A DNA stretch of 63,737 nt, the filler included, from Octopus bimaculoides (lineage: Eukaryota), in assembly GCF_001194135.2 (NCBI RefSeq). It is 6 parts of 5 records of this genome, joined end to end, with 100 filler letters (N's around TTAATTAATTAA, not from the genome) between each part and the next. Parts side by side here need not be neighbours in the genome. Positions count along the whole stretch, not along the records: positions 55,683 to 62,263 come from NW_026299678.1; positions 62,364 to 63,737 come from NC_068982.1; 4 more parts are not named here. One strand, 5' to 3'. Both the position numbers and the translations under genes were made by a program. The first letter of the stretch is position 1. The number at the start of each line of letters is the position of its first letter. Positions 61,700-63,737 of this stretch are shown here, piece after piece. The notes under the pieces are model-generated. The model had not been told where the DNA came from. It was given only the letters and a program-made list of their open reading frames with translations, and did no database searches.

Positions 61700-62055
61700 T
61701 TTACTTGTTTCAGTCACTGGATCATGGTCATGCTGGGGCACCACCCTGATGGGTTTCAGTTGAACTAATCAACAACAGAACTTATTCTATCATTCTCCTT
61801 TTGCCAAACTGCTAAGTTGCAGGGATGTAAACAAACCAGCACCAGGTGTCAGGTAATGATGGGAGGTCAAGCTCAAAGACATACTATATTTATGATAGGC
61901 TTCTTTTCAGTTTCCATCAACCAAATCCACTCACAGGGCTTTGGTTGGCCTGGTGCCATAGTAGAAGATACTCGCCCAAGGTGCCACACAGTGGGACTGA
62001 ACCCAAGACCATGTGGTTGAGAACCAAGCTTCTTACCACACAGCCATTGCCTGTG
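61700..62055 (-). mobile_element. Diverged family A SINE; another partial copy at 63376-63525
   Basis: Reverse complement of the family A consensus. Confidence 0.8.
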
Positions 62056-62066
62056 CCAATATATAT

Positions 62067-62096
<30 letters not shown>

Positions 62097-62099
<3 letters not shown>

Positions 62100-62235
62100 C
62101 TCTTCTACTCTAGGCACAAGGCCTGAAATTTTGGGGGTGGGGGGGCAGTCGATTAGATTGACCCCAGTACGCAACTGGTACTTAACTTAACCCCGAAAGG
62201 ATGAGAGGCAAAGTTGGCCTTGGCGGAATTTGACC
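62097..62235 (-). mobile_element. Family B SINE 3' half
   Basis: Deu/Nin-like core and (ATT)n tail. Confidence 0.8.
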
Positions 62236-63549
62236 CTTCAAACTTTGGGCCTCAGAGAGGCATNNNNNNNNNNNNNNNNNNNNNNNNNNNNNNNNNNNNN
62301 NNNNNNNTTAATTAATTAANNNNNNNNNNNNNNNNNNNNNNNNNNNNNNNNNNNNNNNNNNNNAAATAAATTAAATAAAATAAAATAAATAAATAAATAA
62401 TAAAAATATATATATATATAAATAAAATATAAAAGATAAAAAATAGTATATATATAAAATTAAAATTATTCATATATACATATTTACAGACATTCACACA
62501 CATATACACACCCATACATATATATATATATATACATATTTACAGACATTTTGTTGGATGGTCGTTGACTGTTCAGGAGTTCATCCGCCCTTTGACAGGT
62601 CTTATTTTTCGTCCTGCAGGGTGTCCAACAACACCCTCCTCACCAAGCAAGCCTCGTGGGGTTGCCAGTTTAGTCGCCGACGACCCGACCATGCAATAGG
62701 TTGTACTGGATTACATGTTACCAGTAGCACTGAAGAGCGACCTGACATATATATATGTATATATGTGTGAGTGTGTATGTACGTATGTATATGACCAAGG
62801 AACACACCAATGCACCCATGTACACACACGCATACCCTTATAAGACGGACACCCAACAAATAACTATCCCTACCACCCCCAACACAGACCCCACACACAT
62901 TACACATTACACACCGTACATTAATACATAAAAAAAACATGACTTTATCTTTTACAGAAAGAAAACAGACCAACAAACACAGCTAAATATACCTACGCCC
63001 CAGGAAAAAAATTATACATATGAGACTGCTACACATACTACACGCTCCATATCACACATCTGATCTCCGCAGGGTCACCACATTAATAATACACACTTTC
63101 CCCACTTCAAGATAACTCTTGCCAGCTTCATAGCATACCCAACCAAGGGACATAACTCCTAGCCCAATCCTCTGGACTTTTTTTGTTTCACCACTTTTTT
63201 CACAGCAGCCACTGACCGGTTGTGTTAATCCACCTCGAGCATCAGAGAGCAGCTGTCATATTCCCTTCCATATCGGCTATCTCTGATGAGCATGGAGTTA
63301 TATAATTTGATTGTTACCTAACACTCCATTGTGATTGATACTTAATACTATAAAATTTAGATAATATATATATATTTCAGTTTCCATCTACCAAATCCAC
63401 TCACAAGGCTTTGGTTGGCCCGAGGTTATAATAGAAGACATTTGCACAAGGTGCCACACAGTGGGGCTGAACCCAGAACATGTGGTTGGGAAGCAAGCTT
63501 CTTACAACACAGCCACTCCTGTGCCTATCTATATATATATATATATATA

Positions 63550-63737
63550 AGCAATGTTAATTCTCTAAATGAAGTATTAACAGTAACTGCACGATAAAGT
63601 GTAGTATATTGCCACTTAAGTGTGGCTGACCCCTAGGGGTGGATGTTACTGTTGCTTTTAGCCCCAGGAGGACATCTCCTCCAGCTGGCTTATCGACACA
63701 CGACTGTGTCCTGTTTGCCAAGGGAGTTATCCCTCTC
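63550..63737 (-). mobile_element. Second copy of the hammerhead-associated repeat at a (TA)n site, running off the window
   Basis: 188 of 188 bases match 46609-46796 on direct reading. Confidence 0.85.

Noticed and set aside
62590-62740. Possible HDV-like ribozyme at an RTE-like 5' end (minus; GGTCGCT/GGCGACT could form P1)
   Set aside because: No P1.1 GG or L3 CC pattern, and no convincing P2/P4 found by eye.
63282-63310. CTGATGAG in a Penelope-3'-like context (similar case at 1483)
   Set aside because: No closing stem II or GAAA.

Overview
AT-rich, microsatellite- and SINE-dense eukaryotic DNA, very likely a coleoid cephalopod (Octopus-like; inferred from the repeat landscape). It is a gapped scaffold with five artificial 100-bp linker gaps. 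Three protein-coding units are supported, all on the minus strand. (1) The 5' seven coding exons of TIMM44 (ATG at 18166; the gene runs off the left edge). (2) A single-coding-exon 71-aa hydrophobic Cys-rich microprotein (27145-27360). (3) Five consecutive Sec7/PH-domain exons of an IQSEC/BRAG Arf-GEF (57125-61495), entering from the right edge. Most other sequence is transposon-derived: three tRNA-SINE families, RTE, R4/Dong-like, L2/CR1 and Penelope-like retroelement pieces, piggyBac, Tigger and mariner MITEs, a Helentron-type HINE and two foldback elements. The most notable observation is a minimal type I hammerhead ribozyme motif with a palindromic stem III (46814-46856, minus). It lies in a repeat found at two (TA)n sites, with the copies identical over 188 bp. 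All calls were made by eye and from recalled family knowledge; no searches were run.
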